Source: Sminthopsis crassicaudata (Eukaryota). From it: a DNA stretch of 50,020 nucleotides. The stretch spans positions 651,426,538 to 651,476,557 of the forward strand of contig NC_133619.1 of the NCBI RefSeq assembly GCF_048593235.1. Reading direction: 5' to 3'. Below, in pieces: positions 12,230 to 27,810 of this stretch; positions within the stretch are counted from its first letter, which is position 1; each line of letters begins with the position of its first letter. The position numbers were made by a program, and so were the translations under genes. The notes under the pieces were generated by a model, which saw only the letters and a list, made by a program, of their open reading frames with translations, was not told where the DNA came from and ran no database searches.

Positions 12230-15200
12230 TCACGGTGACGAGGCCACGGGGAGTGCGTGGCGCTGATTGGCCGGCAGCTCTTTCTGCTCCAGGTCCCAGA
12301 GCAAGCGGCGGAGCCTGCGCAGTTCGGCGTGCAAGGAATCATCCGTAACAGGCCCAGAGAGGCGCAGGCGCGAGCCACCCAGCGGCAGGATCAGAGGAGG
12401 GTGCGAAGAGAAGCTCTCGAAGATGTCGCCTGGAGGAAGGGATGGGGAGGGATTGTCAGAGCGAAGCGCCGATCCCTAAAGGGATTGAGGAGCTGGGCAA
12501 ACGCTCTCCTCTTTCCTCCGCCCCCAGCCCGCTCCCTCCGTCTGCCAAGAAAACTACGACTCCCAGCAGCCCCTGCGACCGCGAGGCATGGCGGAATCCG
12601 TAGTACTCTTTTGTGGCCAGACACTTAATTCCGACCTGCGAGTCTAGTTAATGGAACACCCGGGCGGCTTGGGAGCTGGGGAAGGGGATCAGAGGAGCGT
12701 GGTTAGGCAGCCGCAAGGACCGTCGGGGCCGCTAGCCCAGCTCGCTCATTTTGCAGCTGAGCACACGGGCCCCGGGCGGGGCTGCGGAGGGAACGCCTCA
12801 CCCGTGTCCATAGCTTCCAGCTCGGCAGGTGGTGGCTCCCAGGCCGGGGGAGGACCGCGGCCCGGGCCCAGCTGGTAGTGGCTGAGCACGTGGTGGAGCT
12901 GGGCGGGGCTCAAGGTTGGGTGCTCCGTCCGAAGACTGCTCCAGGAGGCCTAAGAGAGCAGGGCAGGGAAATGGGGCGTTTGGGGGAGGGGAAGCCCCGA
13001 GGGATGGAGCCCCCGAGGGATGGAGCCCCCGAGGGATAGCCTCCTTCAAGTGACTGAGGCAACAGGCTCCCCGAGGTCAAAGGTTAAGAGATTTGCCCCA
13101 ACCCATCGGGGTTCTGGGGGTCAGTCGGGGTTTGGGCTCCTGCCTTTCCAAGTGCAGGCCGCCGCCTTCCGGGCACTTCCCCGGGGGCTCCAGCCCCTCC
13201 GAGCCAATGGTCCTGAACCAAGGGTCTCTCCACATCTGTCCTGCCCGGCCCCCCTCCTTCCTCTGACAAGGGTGGGAGGCCTCCTGCCCCCGGCTCGAAT
13301 GCCTGGGGCTCTAAAGCGGAGCAGCCTCCGCCCCGGCGGCCTCTGCGCTCCAGTCCCCTCTCTCTGCCACGCCCCTCCCCGGCTGCCCCAGGATTTCTCC
13401 CGGGAATCCTCGCCTTCTGTCTCTTAAAGCTCCCCCCCCCAGCCTTTCCCCATCCCCCTCCCGGCCCCGCCCCCACCGTGTCCTTTCCCCGTGTGAGGGG
13501 AGGCAAGCCTCTTCCTTCTGCCCTAGTCGCTAGTGATGCTGGCTGCTGAGGACTCATGGCTCCCAGGGCCTCTGCCCGCCCGCCCAGCTGTCTCCCCGTC
13601 TGTCCCTTTGGGGGCGCCAGTTGGTCACCTTGAGCAGGGAAGTTCTGGGCACACACAGCAGGTTGACAGCCATGGAAAGCTTTCGGAAGAACTCGGTGGC
13701 GATGTCCCCCAGCCCAGCGCCCTGAAGCCAGTCCAGAACAAGGTCCAGATTGGTCCGGATCTGCACTGCCCGAGACCACTGGTAGAAGGGACGGCCCTGC
13801 CCTGCAGAGGGGGAGCGGGTCAGTGAGCCTCAGAGAGGGGCGGCCAGCCCGGGGACCCTCCGTCCTGGCCTTGCAGCCCCCCCACTCGTGCTCACCCCTC
13901 TCCATTAAGGAGTTCAACAAGGACGCGTTGGAGAAGAAAAACAGGTAGCCGAAGGTCTGGGACACGAGGTCCGCGTGCAGCTCACACTGGCGGGTCAGTT
14001 CCAAGGCCGTCTGGAACACCTCCAAGGTGGGCCTCAACCCCGGGGGCATGGCGGCCAGCTCGGCCCCGGGCCCTGGAAGCTCGGCCCCGGCCGTGAAAGG
14101 GTTGCTGTCCAGAAGGGCCGGCAGCGTGGAGTACAGCGTCTGAACACAAGGGGGCAGAGGAAGACGGTCAGAATCCCGGCCAGCAGCTAGCGGAAGGCTC
14201 TCAGAATTAGGTCCAGGAAGAAAGCTGCCCTGGCGCCCAAGGACCTGGGCGGGATGAGGGGTTTACAGCCGGGTCTAAACCCAGGGGGAAGCAGATCCAG
14301 AGAGGGACGGGCCGCCATCTGGGCCGCCTCCAAAAGGGAAAGAGAACTAAGGAGGAGAGAAGGGTGAGGAAGCTGCTCTTGGAGACAGAGCCCCAGAGGA
14401 AATGGGATGGCCACTTCATCGGGAACAGGAAGCTGATTCAGAGTTGGAATGGCCATCCCGGCTGGGGCGGGAGCCAGAACCCCCATTCCTAGGACCCAGC
14501 AGGAAGACGCAGAAAGGGGCCTGACCCCAGAGCCCCCAGCACCCCAACCAGGCTCCCGGGCCCCCTCGTCTGCTGGTGACAGGAAGCGAGGTCAGCATCA
14601 ATTTAAGGAAGCCAGGACGCAGCAGCAGCGAGTGAAGTCCAGGGACAGGAAATGACCTAAGGGAAGCCGGCATAAAAGGCAGAGCGGAGGGCCATGCAGT
14701 CACAGGAAGGGAGGCCCTGGAGGGTCAGGCTGTTGAATGATATCCACAGGATGGGCCAAAAAACACAGGAGGGGATGAGGTCTGCTCAGCCCCAGGACCC
14801 TCAGACCACCAGGAAGTGAGGACAGAGCAGCAGGAAGTTGGGGCAGAGCTGGCGGTAGGGGTGAGGGTGGGTGGCGAAGCTCACAGGGCAGAAAGTGGGG
14901 GCCAAGCTGGAGGTTGGGAGGTCATCAGGTAAGAAGGGAGGTCACAGGCAGGGAGTGAGGTCAGCATTCATGGCTCAAGTGAGGGCAGGGCTCCGGGCCC
15001 TGAAGCTGCGAGTACGGGCATCACAGGGCAGGAAGTGGGGGCTGAACCCACCTTGGTGAGGTAGTAGACTGACTGCTGGAAGGTGCACATGATGACCTCG
15101 TCAAGCACTGCCATGGCCTCATCACACAGCTCAAGGTCACTGCAGAGCTGGGGGTCCGAGGACAGGCCTGGGGTAGGAGAAAGAGCTAGGGTCCCCATTG

Positions 15201-18200
15201 CCACCCACTGATGGTGAAAGGGCTGGGACAAAGGAGGAGGGCAAAAGATGGGGGCGGAGTGGGCCTGCTGATGGTCCAGATCCCTGTAGGGGTGGCCATG
15301 GGCAATAAACACCTATCCCTGAGAGATGGAAGACCCAGGCTAGCTCATACCTAGGGCCGGGATATCCCAGTCCCTAAGACATAGGGCACACTGCCCGGCC
15401 AAATGCCCGGGTCTCTCCAGCCGTCCCCACAGGGACTCCAATCCCTTGGAGGCCCAGGACACCCAGTCTCAGCTCACCCTCCTGGTCAGCCTCTTTTTCC
15501 ATGTCCAACACCTTCTCCTGCACATAGCTGAGCAGCTCCGTAGTGTTGGCCATCCACGACATCAGGGGTCGGAGCTCAGCTGCCACTTCATCGATGCTGA
15601 GCGGTGCCTCTAGAGTCCCTTCTGGCTGACTGGGGGGAAACCCGAGTAGCCCTGAGGTGACCAAGATCAGCGCCCCCCCCCCGGCTGGATCCTAATGCTA
15701 GAGGCCCCCAACCCTGACCAAGGGGTCTCCCTTACTTTTCTGGTTGCCGGTCTCCAATTTCCTTGATCTTCTCCTGAGGGGAGCAAAAAGACAAAGCAAA
15801 GTGGTCAGGCCAGGGCAGCCGGAGATCAGAACCGCAATGATGAATGTTCTCTTTTCCATATACAAAGAGCAGGGCATCGGGAAGTGTGGTCGGAGATTTG
15901 CCAGGCCTTTGAATTTGGGTAAAATGAGGGGTGATAATAGGTGGCTTGTAAAGGCCATTTGGGTTTTGATATTATTGGGGTTCTAAAAAACCACAGCTTA
16001 TAAAATCAAGGTTTTAAATCAAAGCTGCGAGTGTCTCAGAACTTGGCATTGTGTCTAAGACTCAAAGAATCAAGATTCTGTAATTCCAGAGTTCTACGTA
16101 TCCAAGATTCTAAAATTCTAAAATGGGATAAGATCCAGTTTCCAAGATCCTCTGAGCCCCAAATTATGATCAACATAATCCCAACGTTCAAGATCCCATA
16201 AAGCCAATGTGGGGATTTTTTTTTTGCTTGACTATACATGTTTGTAACAGGTTTTGTCTTTCTTGCTTTTCCAATTGGGGACTGAGGGGAAGGCAGAGGA
16301 CGGGAGGGAGAGAATTTGAAACTGAAAATGAAATAAAATTTAATTTAAGAAATAACCTGAAAGTCCACCATTCTATCATACTCTGAGCTCAAAATTATGA
16401 GTACAAAAGTACCAAATTCGAAGAGTTTGGGAATCTATGTTCAAGGTTCAACATGCCTGAAATTTGAAGTTTAAGATCCAATGCAGTTCTTAGATTTCAA
16501 GGCAGCTAGGTGGTCCATTCATGAAGCTCACATCAGATACACGTAAAGCATTTTGCAAGCTTAGAAGCCTAGCTAAATGGTAACTATTTGAGCTCAAAAT
16601 TCTATGCCTTTCAGAAGAATCTAAAAGTTCCAGATTCTGTGTCTGTATTTTGAGTCCAAAATTATGTGTCTTAAGGTCCAGCAGTTCAAGATGCAAAGTT
16701 CTACAGTATCCTAGATTCTATCAGATTCTGACATTCCAAATTCAAGATGTCCTGAGTTCAAGATTTTGTGAAACCAAGAACTCAAGTCCCAAATTCTATG
16801 AGTCTGAGATTATGAAAGAAGTTTTGTGTCTAAGATTTTAAGAGTTCAAGATTCTGAGCCCGTGGTTCTACCTACATCTAAGATTCTGAGTTTAAGGGTC
16901 TAAGAATGCAAGTTTCAAAGAGTTCTAAAAGTCCAAGATTGTGTAAGTTCAAATCCACAGTCTGAATTCAAGATTCTGAATTTATAATTCTTAGGATTTA
17001 AATTTCTAGAAGTTCAAGATTTAGTGAAAAAAACAAAACAAAACAAAAAACCAAATTCTGAGTCTAAGACTCTAAGAGTTCAAGATTACAAGGTTAATGG
17101 GAGATTCCAAGAGTTCCCTTGAGGAACTACTCCTAAATCCATGATTCTCTGAGACTTGACTTATTTATTTTTATTTTTTTCCTTTTCTAAGGCTGGGGTT
17201 AAGTGACTTGCCCAGGGTCACACAGCCAGGAAGTATTAAGTGTCTGAGAACAAATTTGAACGCGGGTCCTCCTGAATTCAGGGCTGGTGCTCTGTTCACT
17301 GCGTCACCTAGCTGCCTCCTTGATTTACTTATTTGGACCAAAAGGCAGAACCATTGAGCACGGGATGGGAGTTGGAGAAAAGGGCCATATGGGCAGCTCT
17401 AAGTCCTTGCCCCAATCCCGATGTAGGATGGGTTTTTTTGAGAAGTCAAGGGGTCACTGTCCCTGAAGTTTTAAAGCTGCAGCTGGGTCTTTGTTTCATG
17501 TACAAATTTAGGATGAGATCAACTTCTAAACTCTGAGTCAATGTCAAATGCGTCTAAGACAGGAAAGTCTGGCTTCTCCCATGAGTAGATTCCAACCACG
17601 GAAGTTGTGCCCCAGGCCCGGGACTGAGCTGCCTCCCCAACTCCAGGTGCCCTCCCTGGGAGAGCCCCCCAGGATGCCTCACCCAGACAGCCTCCTTGAC
17701 TAGGCGAGCCAGACGGCCCAACAGGCGGGGCAGATGGCCGAGCTCCAGCTCTCTGGCGGAATGCTCCACACACATGGCGAGCAGAGTGGCCGGGCCCAGG
17801 GCAGGCAGCTGCGTCCCGGTCCCCGCGGCCCGCACGATCTCCCCCAGGAGCGCCTCCTCCTCCTTGGGCCTAAAGCGCAGGATGGGCTCTCTACCATCCA
17901 GGTAGGCAGCCAGGGCCTCTCCCTGCTCCTGCAGCCCTCGCCCGCAGAGGCGGCAGCAGAAGGCCCAGCCCGGGCCTGGCGGGGCAGCCAGGGGCCGCGC
18001 GGGGAGCCAGGGAGGCCGAGCGGCCTCGGACACTCGGGGGTCTTTGTAAAGAAAAAGGAAGTGTTCGCCCAGCCCCAGAAGGTCGCCGGGCCTCAGCTCG
18101 GCTTCTCGCAGTAGTTGCCCCCCGTTATGGGTGACAGCGGCCCCTCGAGCCGGGCGCACGTGGGCCGGACCCTCGGCTCCCGCGCGCACTGTGCAGTGGC

Positions 18201-21200
18201 GGGCCAGGATGTCGGGCGCGTTCAGGAAGGTGTCCACATGGGGGGCCTGCCCTCCTCGGGCTCCCGAGCTCCCCCCACCCTGCCCGAATACGTGCTGCTC
18301 CCGGGTCATCACATACACCACGAACTCCTGGAGAAATGGGAAGGAACCGCACAGTTAGCAAGAGAAATGCTGATAGATCCTGCCGCTGCTCCTCCGACTC
18401 CTTCCTCTCCTCTCTCCCTCCTCCTTGTCCTTTCTCACTCTTCCCCTCTCTCTCCTCCTCTTCCCCTCTCCCTCCTCCTCTTCCCCTCTCCCTCCTCCTC
18501 TTCCCCTCTCCCTCCTCCTCGTCCTTTCTCACTCTTCCCCTCTCCCTCCTCCTTGTCCTTTCTCACTCTTCCCCTCNNNNNNNNNNNNNNNNNNNNNNNN
18601 NNNNNNNNNNNNNNNNNNNNNNNNNNNNNNNNNNNNNNNNNNNNNNNNNNNNNNNNNNNNNNNNNNNNNNNNNNNNNNNNNNNNNNNNNNNNNNNNNNNN
18701 NNNNNNNNNTCCTTTCTCACTCTTCCCCTCTCCCTCCTCCTCTTCCCCTCTCCCTCCTCCTCTTCCCCTCTCCCTCCTCCTTGTCCTTTCTCACTCTTCC
18801 CCTCTCCCTCCTCCTCTTCCCTTCTCCCTCCTCCTCGTCCTTTCTCACTCTTCCCCTCTCTCTCCTCCTCTTCCCCTCTCCCTCCTCTTCTTCCCCTTTC
18901 CCTCCTCCTTGTCCTTCTCACTCTTCCCCTCTCCCTCCTCCTCTTCCCCTCTCCCTCCTACTCGTCCTTTCTCACTCTTCCCCTCTCCCTCCTCCTCTTC
19001 CCCTCTCCCTCCTCCTCGTCCTTTCTCACTCTTCCCCTCTCCCTCCTCCTCTTCCCCTCTCCCTTCTCCTCTTCCCCTCTCCCTCCTCCTCTTCCCCTCT
19101 CCCTCCTCCTTGTCCTTTCTCACTCTTCCCCTCTCCCTCCTCCTCTTCCCCTCTCCCTCCTCCTTGTCCTCTCTCACTCTTCCCTTCTCCCTCCTCCTCT
19201 TCCCCTCTCCCTCCTCCTCTTCCCCTCTCCCTCCTCCTTGTCCTTTCTCACTCTTCCCCTCTCCCTCCTCCTCTTCCCCTCTCCCTCCTCCTTGTCCTTT
19301 CTCACTCTTCCCCTCTCCCTCCTCCTCTTCCCCTCTCCCTCCTCCTTGTCCTTTCTCACTCTTCCCTTCTCCCTCCTCCTCTTCCCCTCTCCCTCCTCCT
19401 CTTCCCCTCTCCCTCCTCCTTGTCCTTTCTCACTCTTCCCCTCTCCCTCCTCCTCTTCCCCTCTCCCTCCTCCTTGTCCTTTCTCACTCTTCCCTTCTCC
19501 CTCCTCCTCTTCCCCTCTCCCTCCTCCTCTTCCCCTCTCCCTCCTCCTTGTCCTTTCTCACTCTTCCCCTCTCCCTCCTCCTCTTCCCCTCTCCCTCCTC
19601 CTTGTCCTTTCTCACTCTTCCCTTCTCCCTCCTCCTCTTCCCCTCTCCCTCCTCCTCTTCCCCTCTCCCTCCTCCTTGTCCTTTCTCACTCTTCCCCTCT
19701 CCCTCCTCCTCTTCCCCTCTCCCTCCTCCTTGTCCTTTCTCACTCTTCCCTTCTCCCTCCTCCTCTTCCCCTCTCCCTCCTCCTCTTCCCCTCTCCCTCC
19801 TGCTTGTCCTTTCTCACTCTTCCCCTCTTCCTCCTCCACCAACTCTTCATTCCAGGACCTGGAGCAGAGCTTATTGGTTCCCGAGCGCCCCCCCCAGGCT
19901 TTCCTTCCCTAAGTGGACTCTCCCCCGCCCCCCAAAATCATAAACAGCTCTATCGACGCGGCTCAGCCTTGGCAGTAAGCCGGGCTCCCTGAGCCCATTC
20001 TGTGCTCTGCGCCGATCGTGGCAGCCCTCCTCCTCCCGCCAAGGCCGCCCCCGCCAGCGACGGCCTCCGCGCCTTCTGGGAGCCGCAGCCCGGCCGTCGG
20101 GCGGCCTCACCTGTGCCTCTCGGTAGCCCTTCAGCATGAGGAAGTAGGGGCGGCTGGAGGGCGGCTGGATGAGACACTGCACCAGCTGGTCCCAGTCGGC
20201 GGCGGCGTCCAAGGAGTCGGACTGGGCCGGGGCCGAGGCGGGCGAGGGCGAGCCGGGCTCCCCCGGCCCCGGAGCCAAGCTGAGCGCCTGCTGCCGCCGC
20301 TCCTGCTGCCTCCGGCGGCGGCCCTGGAGGCTCAGCTCGGACACGCTGCGCCGCAGGGACAGGTTCTCGGAGCGCTCTTTGGGGCCCGAGCCCGAGCCCG
20401 ACGCCGCGCTGGGAGCCGGCCCGGGCCCCGGCCCCGAGCCGGGCCCCGATAATGCCCGCGAGCGGCTCTTCTGGGACCTCCACGACGGGCCCCCCAGGCC
20501 TGCAGGGCGCGGACGCCAAGAAAGATGCACTCCGGTCAGAGACGGAGACAGAGACCCGGGCAGAGACAGAGACAGAGACCCGGACAGAGACAGAGACAGA
20601 GACCCGGGCAGAGACAGAGAGACCTAGGCAGAGACGGAGACAGAGACCCGGGCAGAGACAGAGAGACCTAGGCAGAGACGGAGACAGAGACCCGGGCAGA
20701 GACAGAGAGACCTAGGCAGAGACGGAGACAGAGACCCGGGCAGAGACAGAGACAGAGACCCGGACAGAGACAGAGACAGAGACCCGGGCAGAGACGGAGA
20801 GACCTAGGCAGAGACAGAGACAGAGACCCGGGCAGAGACGGAGAGACCTAGGCAGAGACGGAGACAGAGACCCGGGCAGAGACGGAGAGACCTAGCCACA
20901 GACGGAGACAGAGACCCGGGCAGAGACAGAGACAGAGACCCGGCGGAGACAGAGAGACCTAGGCAGAGACGGAGACAGAGACCCGGGCAGAGACAGAGAC
21001 AGAGACCCGGACAGAGACAGAGACAGAGACCCGGACAGAGACGGAGAGACCTGGGCAGAGACGGAGACAGAGACCCGGGCAGAGACGGAGACAGAGACCC
21101 GGGCAGAGACGGAGACAGAGACCCAGGCGGAGACAGAGTCAGAGACCCGGGCAGAGACGGAGAGACCTAGGCAGAGACAGAGACAGAGACCCGGACAGAG

Positions 21201-24200
21201 ACGGAGAGACCTAGCCACAGACGGAGACAGAGACCCGGGCAGAGACAGAGACAGAGACCCGGCGGAGACAGAGAGACCTAGGCAGAGACGGAGACAGAGA
21301 CCCGGGCAGAGACAGAGACAGAGACCCGGACAGAGACAGAGACAGAGACCCGGACAGAGACGGAGAGACCTGGGCAGAGACGGAGACAGAGACCCGGGCA
21401 GAGACGGAGACAGAGACCCGGGCAGAGACGGAGACAGAGACCCAGGCGGAGACAGAGTCAGAGACCCGGGCAGAGACGGAGAGACCTAGGCAGAGACAGA
21501 GACAGAGACCCGGACAGAGACGGAGAGACCTGGGCAGAGACAGAGACAGAGACCCGGGCAGAGACAGAGACAGAGACCCGGCAGAGATAGCGAGAGCAAT
21601 GGGGACGCAGACAGGGAGAGCCGGAGAGACCCGGAGAGGCGCCCCGCGGGCACCGGTTAGACCCGGGACAGAGAGGCGGAGAGGCCGGGCATCCGTGACT
21701 TTGGAGGGACAGAGACTCGGAGGACCCCTCTCCCACGGGAGGAGAAGGAGCCAGAGAGACTCGGGGTCCGGGGCGGGGGAGGGAGGGGACAGGACAAAGA
21801 TCCGAGGACCCCGCACCCGTGGGGTGAGCAAACTACCCGACCGGGGGCAGCCCCGCCCTCACCATCCTCCTGCGCCGCAGCCGGGCCTTCCTCCTCCAGC
21901 CTGCGCGCCTCCTCCCGCCCGCGAAGTTCGAAGCGCCGACCCCAGCCGGGCCGCGGGCGCCACAGCTCCTGTACCAGCAGGGGGCGCTCGGAATCGCCCA
22001 AGACACGCACGTGCTCCGCCCTCCACTCCCCAGCTCCTCCGGAGGCCGCGGGCGGCCTGCCCAGCGCATCGCACAGAGCGAAGGCCTCGGCTCCTCCCCC
22101 CGGGACGCCTTCGCCGCCGCCTCCGGGCAGCCCGCCGGTCGCCAGCCCGTAGCGCTCGAGGGCGGCCGCCACCAGCTCCCGGGCGGTGGAGCGGGGCGTG
22201 GCCAAGACGCTCTTATAATTGGTGCCGGAGGCCAGGCCGCAGCCAAAGATCTTCAGCACGCCGGGGGCCGGGCTGGGGCCGCCGAAGCCCGGTAGGCCCC
22301 ACGAGTTCTGCAAGGGCTCGGGGACCACGGCCCCCCCCCAACTCCGGGAGCTTCTTCTCGCTGGCCCAGCGCTGGGCTCCGGCCCCGGGGCCCGCCCCGC
22401 CCCCGCCCCCGGTCCCCGCGGCTGGGCCCCGGAACAGCTGGGAGATGCGCCGGGCTCGGCTCCCCGAGGCGCCCCCTGCTGCCTTCACGGCCCCTACGCG
22501 GCGCAGCTCCGGGCCCGAATGACTTGAGGGGGCTGGGGCGGGGTCACTGCTGCGGCTGCCCGTGTCCGAGGAGGAGGACCTGCAGAGGCCGGGGGTGCCG
22601 GGACAGACGCGGCCGGAGAGAGCGGCGGGAGGAGCCAGGAGGGAGGAGGGGGAGGAGGGGGAGGAGGGGGGGAGGAGACGGGGGAGATGAGAGGGAGGGG
22701 GAGGAGGGGAAGGAGGAGGGCCAGAACCTCCCGACAGTGACAGAGGACCAAGGGGAAAGACGCGCAGAGCCGCGAAGTAGCGAGACAAAGAGGGACGGGG
22801 ACGGAGGGAAAGAGATGAAGAGATGAAGATGAGGAGGGAGGGAGAGACAGACAGAGATGGAGATGAGGAGGGAGGAAGAGACAGACAGAGATGGAGATGA
22901 GGAGGGAGGGACAGACAGAGATGGACGGGGGCAGGGAGGAAGAGAGGGAGGAAAGAGAGAAGAAGACGCGAGGGAAATAGAGGAGGGGAGAGAAGGGAGG
23001 AGAAAGTGAGAGACAGGAGGAGAGGAGGGGGGGAGATAAAGACAGACAGAGATAGACGAGAAAGAGGAGGGAGATAAAGACAGAGAGAGATAAAGAGAGT
23101 TAAAGGCAGAGATAGAGGAGAAAGGAGGGAGTTAAAGGTAGAGATAGAGGAGAAAGGAGGGAGTTAAAGGTAGAGAGAGATAGAGGAGAAAGGAGGAGAG
23201 ATAGAGGAGAAAGGAGGGAGTTAAAGGCAGAGATAGAGGAGAAAGGAGGGAGTTAAAGGTAGAGATAGAGGAGAAAGAGGGAGTTAAAGGCAGAGATAGA
23301 GGAGAAAGGAGGGAGTTAAAGGTAGAGATAGAGGAGAAAGAGGGAGTTAAAGGCAGAGATAGAGGAGAAAGAGGGAGTTAAAGGCAGAGATAGAGGAGAA
23401 AGAGGGAGTTAAAGGCAGAGATAGAGGAGAAAGAGGGAGTTAAAGGCAGAGATAGAGGAGAAAGGAGGGAGTTAAAGGTAGAGATAGAGGAGAAAGAGGG
23501 AGTTAAAGGCAGAGATAGAGGAGAAAGAGGGAGTTAAAGGCAGAGATAGAGGAGAAAGGAGGGAGTTAAAGGTAGAGATAGAGGAGAAAGGAGGGAGTTA
23601 AAGGTAGAGATAGAGGAGAAAGAGGGAGTTAAAGGTAGAGATAGAGGAGAAAGAGGGAGTTAAAGGCAGAGAGAGATAGAGGAGAAAGGAGGGAGTTAAA
23701 AGTAGAGAGAGATAGAGGAGGGGGAACAAAGACAGAGGTGGGAGATAAAGACGGGGGAGATAAAGACAGAGAAAGAGAGAACGTCAAGGGGAGGGGGAGG
23801 GAGACGATGGATGAGGAAGGAAGAGGGGGGAAGGGGGATGTAGAGGGGAGGAGGAGAGAGGAGAGACAGAAACAGGAGAAAAAGGGGGGGACATACACAG
23901 GCACAGGGAGGGAGGAGAGAGACAAACAGAAGGGGAAGGAGAGAAGCAGAGACAGAAAAGGAAGGGGGAGATCCAGACCAAAAAAAAAAAAAAAAAAAAA
24001 AAATAGAGGGAAACTCATGAGACATTGGGAGTGGGGGTGGGGGAGGGTTAAGGGGGATTTCAGACACGCTGAAGCATGGGGGTGCGCTTCTGGGGGCCCT
24101 GACACTTGTGGAAAAGGAAACTTTGAGGCTCCTTATCTGTGGGAGTTGAGTGACGGACCTCTGGGACGCTGAGAAAAAGAGGACTTGGGCTCCCTGGGAG

Positions 24201-24475
24201 GGGCTCAGCAGCCCCCCCCCACGGTCTGGGTTTCTCTAACTCCCTCAGGGAAGGGGTGGGGTCTCCGATCTCCAACTGCCCGGATCCCAGGAAAGCTAAC
24301 GAGGGGGTGGGGACTCCCTGCAGAGGGCTCGCACTCACTTCACCGAGGCCGCGCTGGGCCAGCGGCGCCCCAGCTTCGCCAGCTGCTTCCGCGGGGAGTT
24401 GATCCAGAGGCCGGCGGGGAGATGGAGCTTCCCAAAGCGGGGGCTCCCGCTCTCCTTCCGCTCGCCCGACAGCAT
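12230..24475 (-). CDS. RASIP1: Ras-interacting protein 1 (RA, FHA-like and Dilute domains; 11 coding exons, ~985 aa after correcting one apparent +1 frameshift)
   Basis: Exons: 24339-24475, 21863-22579, 20111-20499, 17683-18327, 15736-15773, 15478-15629, 15052-15167, 13896-14139, 13629-13801, 12802-12949, 12230-12429. Start [19 protein letters not shown]; RA domain GVLKIFG...[10 protein letters not shown]; Dilute [19 protein letters not shown]; end [16 protein letters not shown]. The 717-nt exon is 1 nt too long (G9 run at 22331-22339). Non-coding exon donor near 24578. Confidence 0.95.
17161..17316 (-). mobile_element. CORE-SINE (Mar1/WSINE1-like) in a RASIP1 intron
   Basis: Reverse complement GGCAGCTAGGTGACGCAGTGAACAGAGCACCAGCCCTG...GCGTTCAAAT...GTGACCCTGGGCAAGTCACTTAACCCC plus an A-rich tail. 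Confidence 0.88.
18385..19850. repeat. ~1.45 kb polypyrimidine/polypurine tandem repeat (N gap 18577-18709)
   Basis: Repeated tcttcccctctccctcctcc and ttgtcctttctcac modules filling most of a RASIP1 intron. Confidence 0.95.
20537..21590. repeat. AG-rich tandem repeat (cagagacggagacagagacccggg-type units)
   Basis: Direct inspection; contains an exact 319-bp higher-order duplication. Confidence 0.95.
23097..23720. repeat. Purine-rich VNTR, ~31-32 bp unit (gagttaaaggcagagatagaggagaaagagg)
   Basis: About 19 near-identical copies in the RASIP1 intron after the first coding exon; flanked by more degenerate purine tracts (22600-23950). Confidence 0.95.
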
Positions 24476-24999
24476 CTCCTGCGGGGATAGAAGACGGTCC
24501 GGACTCTCAGGCGGGACACGGCATCTGGGGAGGACCCGCGGTCCCGAGGAGCTGGAGGCCCTGAGCACAGGGACTCACCCTCCTCCCGAGGCCGCGGCCC
24601 GTGGCTCCCGAGGTGAGGCTTGGCTCCTGCTGCCGCCTGGATCCTGGTGCTCCTGGCTCTGGGTGGGAACGGGACAGGAAAAGGCGAGAGGAAGCCGAGC
24701 AGGAAGAGCGGGGAGGGGGCGTCCTGTCAGGGGCGGGGAGGGGGGAGGGGAGCGACGCGCGACTAGGACGGGCACGACCCGGGCGTCCAGCGCCCCCCAG
24801 CGCTTGGCCGCTTTCTCCAATTTCCGCCCCATGTGGGGCCCCAGCCGCCCAAGGCCCGACAGCACCTCCCTCAGGAACGAAAGTGACCGGGTCACTTTCC
24901 ACTCTGGAACCCTGGTCCGCGCCCTCGAGGATCCGCGAGGCCCTTCCTAGCCCTGAATTGTTGGACTGAGTCACAGACACAGCGAAAGAGCAGACATTT

Positions 25000-27810
<2,811 letters not shown>

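Noticed and set aside
18115-19992. 495-625 aa Ser/Pro/Leu ORFs and their Glu/Arg/Gly antisense ORFs
   Set aside because: Products of the CT/AG repeat and an N gap inside a RASIP1 intron.
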